Shown: piece by piece, positions 1-8,332 of the stretch
Layout: each line of letters opens with the position of its first letter
How positions within the stretch are numbered: position 1 is the first letter of the stretch
DNA from: an uncultured virus (IMG/VR IMGVR_UViG_3300037963_002172)
Lineage: Duplodnaviria; Heunggongvirae; Uroviricota; Caudoviricetes
Direction: 5' to 3' (one strand)
Length of the DNA stretch: 64,000 bases
Virus record (IMG/VR): IMGVR_UViG_3300037963_002172
The notes under the pieces: model-generated
The model's input: only the letters and a program-made list of their open reading frames with translations
What the model was told of the DNA's origin: nothing
Database searches by the model: none
Program-made: the position numbers and the translations under genes

Positions 1-50
1 AACTTATGGGTGGTAAGAAAAAAAATAATCCTAACAGATATTCAAGCGGG
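1..50. repeat. Terminal direct repeat, left copy (circular assembly overlap)
   Basis: 1-50 is identical to 63951-64000, and an ORF reads through the junction. Confidence 0.95.
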
Positions 51-55
51 TACTA

Positions 56-214
56 ATGGCTAAGAAAGGAAGAACTAAAGGAAACAAGATTTGTCCCGCA
101 GGAATCGCTTGGGCTAAAAGAACTTTTGATAAGTACCCTTCAGCCTATGCAAATATGGCCGCAAGTAAATATTGTAAAGACCCTAACTATGCAAAGGGTG
201 CTAAAAAGAAATAG
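56..214 (+). CDS. Small basic protein, 52 aa (MAKKGRTKGNKICPAGIAWAKRTFDKYPSAYANMAASKYCK...)
   Basis: Hand-translated; TAATG coupling to the upstream ORF; below the ORF-track cutoff. Confidence 0.8.
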   Translation: MAKKGRTKGNKICPAGIAWAKRTFDKYPSAYANMAASKYCKDPNYAKGAKKK

Positions 215-216
215 TG

Positions 217-336
217 ATGAATATAAAACAAATGAAAGAAGTTGTTAAGCAACTTAAAGGTGCTTCTAAAATGCACGCAGCACAAGCAGCGAAGATTGAG
301 AAGATGATTAAAAAAATGCCTAAAAAGAAAAAATGA
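217..336 (+). CDS. Small basic protein, 39 aa (MNIKQMKEVVKQLKGASKMHAAQAAKIEKM...)
   Basis: Hand-translated; tightly packed, ATGA overlap with the next gene. Confidence 0.7.
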   Translation: MNIKQMKEVVKQLKGASKMHAAQAAKIEKMIKKMPKKKK

Positions 337-443
337 GCAAGTTAAGTAAAGCACAAAGAAAGATAGCAAGAGCTGCTATGCCTTTTGATAAGATAACAAA
401 AGCAGACTTTGTTGTTCTTAAAAAAAGAAAAAAGAAAAAGTAA
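333..443 (+). CDS. Small basic protein, 36 aa (MSKLSKAQRKIARAAMPFDKITKADF...)
   Basis: Hand-translated; ATGA and TAATG couplings on both sides. Confidence 0.75.
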   Translation: MSKLSKAQRKIARAAMPFDKITKADFVVLKKRKKKK

Positions 444-682
444 TGGGTGAGTTAGCTAAGTGGCGTAAACAAAAATGGGTACGCATAGGGACTGATGGTA
501 AAATCAAAGGGCCTTGCGGAACAAGTAAGAATAAAAAAAACCCTGATAGATGTTTGCCTTTAGCTAAAGCTAGAAGGTTGAGCAAGAAACAATTAGCAGC
601 AACCGCAAAGAAAAAGAAACGTAGTGGAGGTAAGAAACAGTTTGTTTCTAATACTAAAGCTGCAAAAGTTAGAAACTCTTAA
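443..682 (+). CDS. Basic phage protein (DUF5872-like)
   Basis: W-x3-KW...CG...RCLP...KQFV pattern; Lys/Arg-rich. Confidence 0.65.
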   Translation: MGELAKWRKQKWVRIGTDGKIKGPCGTSKNKKNPDRCLPLAKARRLSKKQLAATAKKKKRSGGKKQFVSNTKAAKVRNS

Positions 683-693
683 ATAAATAAAGT

Positions 694-984
694 GTGGCAG
701 ATAAAAGCAAAATGTCGTGCAACAAAGTTGTTGCGTCAGATAGAGCAGGAAAAAAGAAAATGGTTAAGGCCTGTGAAGGAGGAAGAGAAAAACTTATTCA
801 CTTTGGAGCAAAAGGATATGGACATAATTATTCAGCAGCTGCAAGGAAAAGCTTTCGAGCACGACACAAGTGCGGAACAGCCAAATCAAAACTAACAGCT
901 CGATATTGGGCGTGTAAAAAATTATGGGCAGGTAAAGGTGGCAGCACCAAATCGAGTCCTAAAAATAGACAAGGAAAATATTAG
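694..984 (+). CDS. Basic phage protein (DUF5754-like)
   Basis: KLIHFG.KGY...ARKSFRARHKC...ARYWAC..LW pattern; GTG start. Confidence 0.6.
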   Translation: MADKSKMSCNKVVASDRAGKKKMVKACEGGREKLIHFGAKGYGHNYSAAARKSFRARHKCGTAKSKLTARYWACKKLWAGKGGSTKSSPKNRQGKY

Positions 985-992
985 TATCTTTG
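985..992 (+). promoter_or_regulatory. Bacteroidota -7 promoter element
   Basis: TATCTTTG matches TAnnTTTG; intergenic, about 20 nt before the ATG at 1014. Confidence 0.7.
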
Positions 993-1013
993 TCAGATAA
1001 ATATTAGTAAGTT

Positions 1014-1175
1014 ATGGCAAATTTTATTCAAGAAGTATTTGCAAGAGCAAAGAAAAGAGGTACTCTCGGAGATTGTACTGGTAAAAAATTTGGAAGTAAG
1101 TCTTGCCCAAAGGGTTCTAAGAAATATAACTTTGCTAAGATGATGAGAAAAATTAACAAGAAAAAAAAGAAATAG
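1014..1175 (+). CDS. Small basic protein, 53 aa, two Cys
   Basis: Hand-translated MANFIQEVFARAKKRGTLGDCTGKKFGSKSCPKG... Confidence 0.75.
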   Translation: MANFIQEVFARAKKRGTLGDCTGKKFGSKSCPKGSKKYNFAKMMRKINKKKKK

Positions 1176-1177
1176 TT

Positions 1178-1384
1178 ATGGCAAAAAAGCAAGGATACAA
1201 CGCAAGACTTGATGAGTCTTTAGGTATGAAGCACAGAGGTGCTCACAAGCAATCTCTCAAAGATAGAAGAGATGAGTCAAAAGGTATGGCAAAGAAAATG
1301 ACTGGACACGCATATAGTGGTGACCACGGTATGTCGTATCATCATAATGTACACGAGCATTTAGGAAGCCTTATTAGAAAGTAA
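1178..1384 (+). CDS. Small basic protein with His-rich C-terminus
   Basis: ORF track; in operon context. Confidence 0.75.
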   Translation: MAKKQGYNARLDESLGMKHRGAHKQSLKDRRDESKGMAKKMTGHAYSGDHGMSYHHNVHEHLGSLIRK

Positions 1385-1385
1385 T

Positions 1386-1526
1386 ATGGGAAAGTGGTTA
1401 GTAAAAATTGGACTAAAGATTCAGAATCTTTGGTGCAGATTCCAATGTTCTTGGAATTGGTTATTATCTAAACTATCGTTTAACGTTAACGATTGCCCAT
1501 ATAAAATGTGTGAATGTAAAAAATAA
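1386..1526 (+). CDS. Small Cys/Trp-rich protein, 46 aa
   Basis: Hand-translated MGKWLVKIGLKIQNLWCRFQCSW...CPYKMCECKK; TAATG coupling. Confidence 0.7.
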   Translation: MGKWLVKIGLKIQNLWCRFQCSWNWLLSKLSFNVNDCPYKMCECKK

Positions 1527-1720
1527 TGAGACGAACTCAATTATCCAGAAACTCAGGGCCTCGTCAAAGTAGAGGTCTTGGAGATTCTATTGAAAAATTA
1601 ACTCAAGCTACTGGAATAAAGAAAGTGGTAGACACAGTAAGTAAAGTAACAGGAACACCTTGCGGGTGTGGAGAAAGAAGAGACACACTGAATAGATTGT
1701 TCCCATATCAAAATAAATAA
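1526..1720 (+). CDS. Small phage protein (GLGD...CGC..R..LN motif)
   Basis: ORF track; motif typical of aquatic phage proteins. Confidence 0.75.
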   Translation: MRRTQLSRNSGPRQSRGLGDSIEKLTQATGIKKVVDTVSKVTGTPCGCGERRDTLNRLFPYQNK

Positions 1721-1722
1721 AT

Positions 1723-2247
1723 ATGTATTCAAAAATTCAACTTAATACAGCTAACGCAATAAAAGTTATAGCGAGTGAAACAGTTCCTATTCCTGACCCT
1801 AACTCTTATGTAGCTCAACAATCAGCAGCTGGTGCAGGTGATGCATCTACGCAAGATAAATTTTCAGATGCGGGAGCATCTTTTGAGGGTAATGTTGTTG
1901 TTGGTGCTATTATTTACGATTCTACGGATGTAAGAGCATATCGTGTTACGAAAGTAGATAGCGATACGGTATTGTCTGTTACCCCAAGTATTGTTGGAGC
2001 ATCAGCTTCAGTCAATTATAAAATATACAATGCAGCAACTGAAGGCTGTGTTTTATGGGTTGGTTCTGACACTTCGTCTTTACAAGTAGACACAACCTAT
2101 GTAGATATAGACGTAGTAACGGTAGGCAATAATACTGTAGAGTTTGAAAATGCTAAGCTAGGAGAATACCTGCCAGTACAAGTATTACAGCTAAAGGAAA
2201 CAAATACTACGGCAGATTGTAGAGATAAATGTATAGCACTTTCATAA
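1723..2247 (+). CDS. Probable virion structural protein
   Basis: Beta-rich; shares an internal module with 22923..23546. Confidence 0.55.
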   Translation: MYSKIQLNTANAIKVIASETVPIPDPNSYVAQQSAAGAGDASTQDKFSDAGASFEGNVVVGAIIYDSTDVRAYRVTKVDSDTVLSVTPSIVGASASVNYKIYNAATEGCVLWVGSDTSSLQVDTTYVDIDVVTVGNNTVEFENAKLGEYLPVQVLQLKETNTTADCRDKCIALS

Positions 2248-2250
2248 ACA

Positions 2251-2535
2251 ATGGCACAGCAAATAGGAGAAGATACTAAAGTAACATTAGACTTGAAGAC
2301 TATCGGAATGATTGTCGGGTTTACTGTCTCCCTATGTAGTATGTACTTTGTTTTACAAGCAGACATTGCAAAAGCTATGGAGCTTCCTGCACCCGAAGTA
2401 ACTAAAACTGAATTCACATATAAAGACCAGATAATTCGTGATGCCATTATGACAACACAAGAGGATGTAAAAGAAATGAAAGAGACTCTTGGAAAACTGG
2501 AAGAACGTATATTTGAATTAACAAAAGAAAGATGA
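2251..2535 (+). CDS. Single-TM coiled-coil membrane protein (i-spanin-like topology)
   Basis: Hydrophobic segment IGMIVGFTVSLCSMYFVL followed by a heptad-rich tail. Confidence 0.55.
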   Translation: MAQQIGEDTKVTLDLKTIGMIVGFTVSLCSMYFVLQADIAKAMELPAPEVTKTEFTYKDQIIRDAIMTTQEDVKEMKETLGKLEERIFELTKER

Positions 2536-2870
2536 AACTATGGCTAACAATATTATTGTTAATACCAACTCTAGCCTTTTCTCAATCTTATAAAGATGGC
2601 ATTGTAGTCATCCAATTCTCGGCTGATTTTGTAAAAGCCAATGAGGTAGATATAAGCGGACTGGATGGAGCTGATAAACTCCGTTTGTACTACACACAAC
2701 ATCCTAAAATTTTTGAAAAAGAAAATATAAAATATTTACCTACTGTTATATTATTTCATAATGGTAAAACAGTATTACGTATAGAAAGTGGCATATCATT
2801 AAAACTGCCAGACAACACTCTAGATGTAATACAAGAGCACATCAACAAGATTATTAAACGTAAATTTTAG
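2532..2870 (+). CDS. Secreted thioredoxin-fold protein lacking CxxC
   Basis: Signal peptide; VVIQFSADF and IKYLPTVILFHNGK match the thioredoxin strands and cis-Pro loop; no Cys. Confidence 0.65.
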   Translation: MKLWLTILLLIPTLAFSQSYKDGIVVIQFSADFVKANEVDISGLDGADKLRLYYTQHPKIFEKENIKYLPTVILFHNGKTVLRIESGISLKLPDNTLDVIQEHINKIIKRKF

Positions 2871-2872
2871 AT

Positions 2873-4120
2873 ATGAATAGAAAAGAGAAAACTGAAAAGT
2901 TTGCCTCCAATGCATTACTATACATTATAATTGTATTTTTATTAGCAGCTTTTACATTTAGTGTACAAGCACAAGAGGCAGAAGCAGGAATTAAAAAAGA
3001 ATCATTGTTTAAAAAAGTATACAATGATTTTTTGCAATACGGTACTGCATATGTTGCAGGTAATATAAACAACCCGTATCAAAAACAATCAATAGATTAT
3101 GTAGTTAGAACAAACCCAAGCGGAAACTTATATGATGTTCCTATTGTTCAAGATGCTACTGAATATTATGAATTTGATTACAGATTTGGATTAGGTATTA
3201 GAAGAATTGCAAGATTTGATTATGAAAATAAAGAAAAAGCATATTATGATGGTACCGAAAAGAATGTAGCTTTATCTTCTCCAACAGCAGCTTTTGATGG
3301 TTGGGAGTATTTATTTCACTGGGAGAAAGAAAGGGAAAGAGGTGAGGTGTTTACAAATCACCGTTACTTTCTTAGGCATACTGGTAAAAATCACATTGTT
3401 AAACTCGAATCTAGAGAGGAAGGAAATGTAGGTTTTAAATATCAAAGTGCAGAGGTAAGAGCTAGATTACCAATAGGAAAAAAGTTTAGTATATCAGCAG
3501 GTTTAATTGCAAGAACACACGACCAAGCTTTTGGATATAATCCAGTTGAGATTTGGTTGAATGAAACTGATGAAGATGGATATGCATTAAACCCTTGGTA
3601 TACTTTAGGTTTTGAATATGGTTATGATGATATATATTATAATCAAACAGACCAGTTTGGTAATGAGGTTTCAGACTGGTACTGGATAGACCCTGACGGT
3701 AACATTGTGGCTCATACTGATTTAGAGTTTCGTGAGACAGTTTTTGCTGACTTGATGAACAGATTTAATAGAGAACAATGGGACTTGTTAGATGCATTTG
3801 CAGAAGTAGCACCTATTGTCGGAGCAGATTATTATTTATACCGTGATAGATTCTGGCTACATAGTTATGCTAATTACATATTGCCATTTCACAAATACTT
3901 TAAAGGTGATGAAGCGTTTAGTTATTTAAACAGAAATAATTGGGGGTTAGGCGGATTAAGACAAGACTCGGAGCTTGAACAATGGGACGACTACCAATTC
4001 GGTTTAATACTTGGATGGAACCTCACAAAAAAATTAGGTATTTTTGTAGAGGGAGAATACACAAAGTTTTGGGACACTGAAATTTTTAATTCAACAATCG
4101 GTTTAAATTTAGAGTTATGA
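2873..4120 (+). CDS. Putative outer-membrane beta-barrel protein
   Basis: Signal peptide ending VQA-Q; aromatic-rich alternating strands; C-terminal strand STIGLNLEL. Confidence 0.55.
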   Translation: MNRKEKTEKFASNALLYIIIVFLLAAFTFSVQAQEAEAGIKKESLFKKVYNDFLQYGTAYVAGNINNPYQKQSIDYVVRTNPSGNLYDVPIVQDATEYYEFDYRFGLGIRRIARFDYENKEKAYYDGTEKNVALSSPTAAFDGWEYLFHWEKERERGEVFTNHRYFLRHTGKNHIVKLESREEGNVGFKYQSAEVRARLPIGKKFSISAGLIARTHDQAFGYNPVEIWLNETDEDGYALNPWYTLGFEYGYDDIYYNQTDQFGNEVSDWYWIDPDGNIVAHTDLEFRETVFADLMNRFNREQWDLLDAFAEVAPIVGADYYLYRDRFWLHSYANYILPFHKYFKGDEAFSYLNRNNWGLGGLRQDSELEQWDDYQFGLILGWNLTKKLGIFVEGEYTKFWDTEIFNSTIGLNLEL

Positions 4121-4338
4121 GTATACTAGGTATAGGAAAAAATAAAAGAACACAGCGTAAGCTAGATGCTATCAAAAGAAAGATGGAAAAAATAGAAAAG
4201 ATGGAGAAAACATTAGAGGAGCCATCTGAAATGACTGGTGAAGGTTTTAACCCAATAAAAGATTATCATAGAGGAACTTTACTAGCATCTATAAAAAGAA
4301 AACAAGAAGCAATAAAACGCAAAAAAGGAAAGATATGA
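4117..4338 (+). CDS. Hypothetical basic protein
   Basis: ORF track; ATGA couplings on both sides. Confidence 0.7.
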   Translation: MSILGIGKNKRTQRKLDAIKRKMEKIEKMEKTLEEPSEMTGEGFNPIKDYHRGTLLASIKRKQEAIKRKKGKI

Positions 4339-4796
4339 AAATTAGCAAGCATATTACTTATGCTGAAGCTATCCACTCAAACACTGCTAAAAGGAAATGT
4401 ATTGACAATACACCTAACCCACAGCAGTTGGAGAATATGAAAACTACTGCTGAAATGGTATTTGAACCTTTGCGTGGTTGGGTAAATGGGCCTATTAAAG
4501 TTAGCTCATTTTTTAGGTCTCCAGATTTAAACCAAGCAATTGGTGGAGTGGCTTCTTCTCAGCATTGTAAAGGCCAAGCACTTGACTTGGATGATGTATA
4601 TGGATATAAAACGAATGCAGAAATGTTTATGTATATCCGAGAAAATTTAGATTTTGACCAATTAATTTGGGAGTTTGGCACAGACGTTTCTCCTAACTGG
4701 ATACACGTTAGTTATGTGTCAAAAGAAGAAAATAGAAACAGATGTTTGAAAGCTTATAAAGATGAATACGGAAAAACAAAATATAAAACGATATGA
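4335..4796 (+). CDS. Endolysin, peptidase M15A family
   Basis: SSFFRS..LN.AIGG..SSQHCKGQALD and WIHVSY zinc-peptidase motifs. Confidence 0.9.
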   Translation: MKISKHITYAEAIHSNTAKRKCIDNTPNPQQLENMKTTAEMVFEPLRGWVNGPIKVSSFFRSPDLNQAIGGVASSQHCKGQALDLDDVYGYKTNAEMFMYIRENLDFDQLIWEFGTDVSPNWIHVSYVSKEENRNRCLKAYKDEYGKTKYKTI

Positions 4797-5197
4797 AAGA
4801 TATATTAGTTAAATTATTTGGTGGAGGTGCTGGTGAAATAGGCGATAAACTTTCGGGAGTAATAGATAAGTTTGTTCACACCAAAGATGAAAAAGCTGCA
4901 TTTGAAAAAGAAATGACAACAATATTTATAAACGCAGAAGCTGAGATAGAAAAAAATATTTCGGAAAGATGGAAGGCAGATATGGCATCCGATAATAAGT
5001 TAGCAAAATCTGTACGACCACTTACCTTAATTTTTCTTTTTGTATCTACGGTATTGCTTATTTTTATTGACTCAGGATTTATTAACTTTGCAGTTGATGA
5101 CGAATGGAAGGAATTATTAAAAATGTTGCTCATAACAATTACCGCAGCATACTTCGGTGGGCGTAGTTACGAAAAAGGAAAAAGATTAAAAAAATAG
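4793..5197 (+). CDS. Holin (GTA-type '3TM' holin-like)
   Basis: RW.ADM.SD...VRP, TM helices, AYFGGRS.EK; adjacent to the endolysin. Confidence 0.8.
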   Translation: MKDILVKLFGGGAGEIGDKLSGVIDKFVHTKDEKAAFEKEMTTIFINAEAEIEKNISERWKADMASDNKLAKSVRPLTLIFLFVSTVLLIFIDSGFINFAVDDEWKELLKMLLITITAAYFGGRSYEKGKRLKK

Positions 5198-5200
5198 TAA

Positions 5201-5923
5201 ATGGCAAAAATAAGCACATATGCAATTTCAGCACCTGTTGTTGATGATGATAAATGGATTGGTACTGACGCAAGTGCTTTACAACTTACTAAAAACTTTA
5301 CCGCACGTGATGTAGCTATATATTTAAACAATTTTGATAAAGTAGATTCCGACTCTTTAAGATATGTTTTTCAAAACTGGGAAACAGGTGATGTTAGAAA
5401 AAGTGGTAGTATTTCTTTTTCCACTAGTGCAGTTGGAGACCAAGTAAACTTTTCTACTGTTACAGGTTTTATGTTGAGTAAATACACTAAAGCCTTAGTA
5501 GACGTTTCTACATTTTACACAAACCCTTTGATTAACTCACAAGTATTAATTTCACGTTGCGACAATGTTTCGCAGTTTGGAATTTTCACTTGGAATAGTG
5601 CTGCACAAAATGGTGGAGAACCTAATTTTTGGGATATAGGTTTAACACACGTTACCAGTAATGGTACCTTAGACAACAATGTAGATTATTTTATATCTTT
5701 GTTGCAGTATAATATAGTAGGTCAAACAGACAAAAATTATACAGAAGTTTTTGGGACACCGCTTGCAACTTGGTCGGTAACCCATAATTTAGGAAAGAAA
5801 CCTGCTGTTAGCTGTATTGATACTTCGGGCAATGAAGTTTACGGAATAGTGGATTATATTAATGACAACCAAGTTACGATTGCTTTTACAGCACCAACTG
5901 GAGGCACAGTAACTTGTAATTAA
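5201..5923 (+). CDS. Tail/virion fibre-associated protein (MAKIS family)
   Basis: MAKIS N-terminal module; C-terminal W.VTHNLGK.P.V domain. Confidence 0.65.
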   Translation: MAKISTYAISAPVVDDDKWIGTDASALQLTKNFTARDVAIYLNNFDKVDSDSLRYVFQNWETGDVRKSGSISFSTSAVGDQVNFSTVTGFMLSKYTKALVDVSTFYTNPLINSQVLISRCDNVSQFGIFTWNSAAQNGGEPNFWDIGLTHVTSNGTLDNNVDYFISLLQYNIVGQTDKNYTEVFGTPLATWSVTHNLGKKPAVSCIDTSGNEVYGIVDYINDNQVTIAFTAPTGGTVTCN

Positions 5924-5938
5924 AAAAAGTAGAAAAAA

Positions 5939-8308
5939 ATGGCAATAAATTTTTTAAATGCAGTTAGCATAGCGGGCAATTTAGATTTAAATGTAAATCA
6001 GTTAGTCCAGTTTAGAGTAGAAAACTTAACAAGCAATCCAGCAGGTACAGGAGGTAGATTATACTATAACTCTACTGATGGTACATTAAGATATTATAAC
6101 GCAGACGGAAGTTCGTGGATAACATTAGACGGTTCAGGAGATGTTGATTCTATTGCAGTAGCAAATGGCGGAACATCGAGTGGTACAGCATTAAGTGTAA
6201 ATTCATCTACAGGTTCAGTAACTATTAGCTCTTTAGCTTACGGTGGTACTACCAATGTTGGTCACGTACCAACTGGTGGTTCTGGTACTACGTTTTTAAG
6301 AGGTGATGGTACTTGGGCAACTCCAGGTGGAACATATACATCTTGGACGATTAGTGATGGTTCGAATTCTACTAGTGTTACTGATGGTCAAACTGTAACT
6401 ATCTCAGGTAGTACAGGTATTGATGCAGGTGAGTCTTCACGAACAGTTACATTAACATTAGATTTAAATGAATTAGCTACAGTTACAGCAGTATCGTCAG
6501 ACTTTGTAGCTATTGTAGACGCTTCTGACAACTCAAGTAAAAAAGCATTAATTAGTGATATTGTTGCTTTAGTTCCTCAAGGTGATGTTACTGCCGTTAA
6601 TGCTTCAACATCAAATAATAGAAAAGGTATTGCAGTAGCAAGTTCAACAGGCCCTATTCCTGAAGTAGGACTTGACATTGTAGGTCAAACTAATTTAGGT
6701 GGTACGCCTAATGATGCAGATGAGTTATTAATTTATGACGCTTCTGCTTCTACAAACAAAGTAGTAACAGTTGCAAATCTTATGGCAGCTGCTCCTCAAG
6801 GAGATATTACTTCTTTAACAGAAGGAGCTGGTATTACTATAACTAACTCTGGTGGCCCGAGTCCTACAATTGCAGTAGACTATGCAGGAACTGACAATGT
6901 TATATTAGAAGCAACTGATGATTCTGGAAATGCAGTAGCAACTAATGATTACATTATGACAAGTAATAATTCTACTAATGCAGTAGAATATCACAATGTA
7001 TCTGATTTACCATTTACAAATAACGCTGGAGACATAACTGGTGTTACAGCGGGAACGTATTTAAATGGTGGTGGTTCATCTGGTAGTGTAACAATAAACC
7101 ACGACACTACAAATAGAAGTGATACAACAAGTTCTGCTTCACCTGGATACGCAGGAACTATTGATGTTGTTGGTAGTGTCTCAACAAATGCAACTGGCCA
7201 CGTTACAGGAATAGACGTTGAAACTATTACATTTCCAGCTGCTGAAGCATATAGCTGGACTGTTGCAGATGGACAAGGTAACACAACTCCAGTTGCAAAT
7301 GGAAACACTGTAACATTTGAAGGCTCAGCAAATCAAATTTCAGTTGTAGAAAGTGCTAACACTGTTTCAGTTGGGCTTACAACAGACGTAACAATTAATG
7401 GTGACTTAACTGTAAGTGGTGGTGATATTACATTATCAGGTACAGGAAGAATACAAGGTATTGATACAGTTACAGCTGGAACTGATGCTGCAAGTAAAAA
7501 CTATGTCGACACAAGCATAGCAGGTTCTGGAGCTTTAATTTTCCAAGGTGGATATAACGCAGCAAATGACCCACCAACTGGAGCTAGTATCAAGAAAGGG
7601 TTTACTTATGTAGTTACTGGAGCTGGTAGTGGTTCAGGAGGAGCATTCTGGTCAGTACCATTAGAGATTGGAGATTTAATTATTTCAAACCAAGACAATC
7701 CAGTAGATGAAGATGATTGGACTGAAGTAAACAAAAATGTTGATTTAGCTACTACAACTACAGTAGGTGTCGCATCATTTAGTGCTACTAACTTTGCAGT
7801 TGACGCAAGTGGTGAGGTAACAATTAAAAATAACGGTGTTACTTTAGGAACTGAAACAGTAGGTGATTATACCGCAACAGTAGCTGCAAGTTCTGTCAAC
7901 AACAGAAAAGGTATTGCAGTTGCAGGTGCAACAGGAGAAGGTCAAGCAGCAGTAGTTGGATTAAATATTACTGGACAAACAGCATTGACCGCACCAGATA
8001 GTGCTGATGAATTATTAATTTACGATTCATCTGCAACAACTAATAAAAAGATAACATATGACAATTTATTAAGTCAAGTTGTTACAGATAATTCTTTTGC
8101 TGGAACTTTCCCTGCTTCGAACTCGTCATCGTTTACAGTTGCTCACGGATTGTCTAGTGTTGATTTAATTGTTCAGGTATATAGAATTTCTGATGGTGCA
8201 ACTGTATTCGCACAAGTTGAAAGAACCAGTTCATCATTAGTAACAATCACTTGTTCAGCTACGCAGACTGCAAGTACGTTAAGAGTACTTTGTACTAAGT
8301 GTGTGTAA
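5939..8308 (+). CDS. Tail fibre protein
   Basis: G/S/T-rich; internal repeats; DAASKNYVD fibre motif. Confidence 0.8.
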   Translation: MAINFLNAVSIAGNLDLNVNQLVQFRVENLTSNPAGTGGRLYYNSTDGTLRYYNADGSSWITLDGSGDVDSIAVANGGTSSGTALSVNSSTGSVTISSLAYGGTTNVGHVPTGGSGTTFLRGDGTWATPGGTYTSWTISDGSNSTSVTDGQTVTISGSTGIDAGESSRTVTLTLDLNELATVTAVSSDFVAIVDASDNSSKKALISDIVALVPQGDVTAVNASTSNNRKGIAVASSTGPIPEVGLDIVGQTNLGGTPNDADELLIYDASASTNKVVTVANLMAAAPQGDITSLTEGAGITITNSGGPSPTIAVDYAGTDNVILEATDDSGNAVATNDYIMTSNNSTNAVEYHNVSDLPFTNNAGDITGVTAGTYLNGGGSSGSVTINHDTTNRSDTTSSASPGYAGTIDVVGSVSTNATGHVTGIDVETITFPAAEAYSWTVADGQGNTTPVANGNTVTFEGSANQISVVESANTVSVGLTTDVTINGDLTVSGGDITLSGTGRIQGIDTVTAGTDAASKNYVDTSIAGSGALIFQGGYNAANDPPTGASIKKGFTYVVTGAGSGSGGAFWSVPLEIGDLIISNQDNPVDEDDWTEVNKNVDLATTTTVGVASFSATNFAVDASGEVTIKNNGVTLGTETVGDYTATVAASSVNNRKGIAVAGATGEGQAAVVGLNITGQTALTAPDSADELLIYDSSATTNKKITYDNLLSQVVTDNSFAGTFPASNSSSFTVAHGLSSVDLIVQVYRISDGATVFAQVERTSSSLVTITCSATQTASTLRVLCTKCV

Positions 8309-8332
8309 GAGCAAGACTTAATTAAATAAAAT

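Noticed and set aside
1..50. Terminal repeat as a biological DTR
   Set aside because: It falls inside a gene that reads through the junction; typical of assembler overlap on a circular or permuted genome
692..895. Alternative-frame ORF overlapping 694..984
   Set aside because: The 694 frame has recognisable conserved motifs; this one does not
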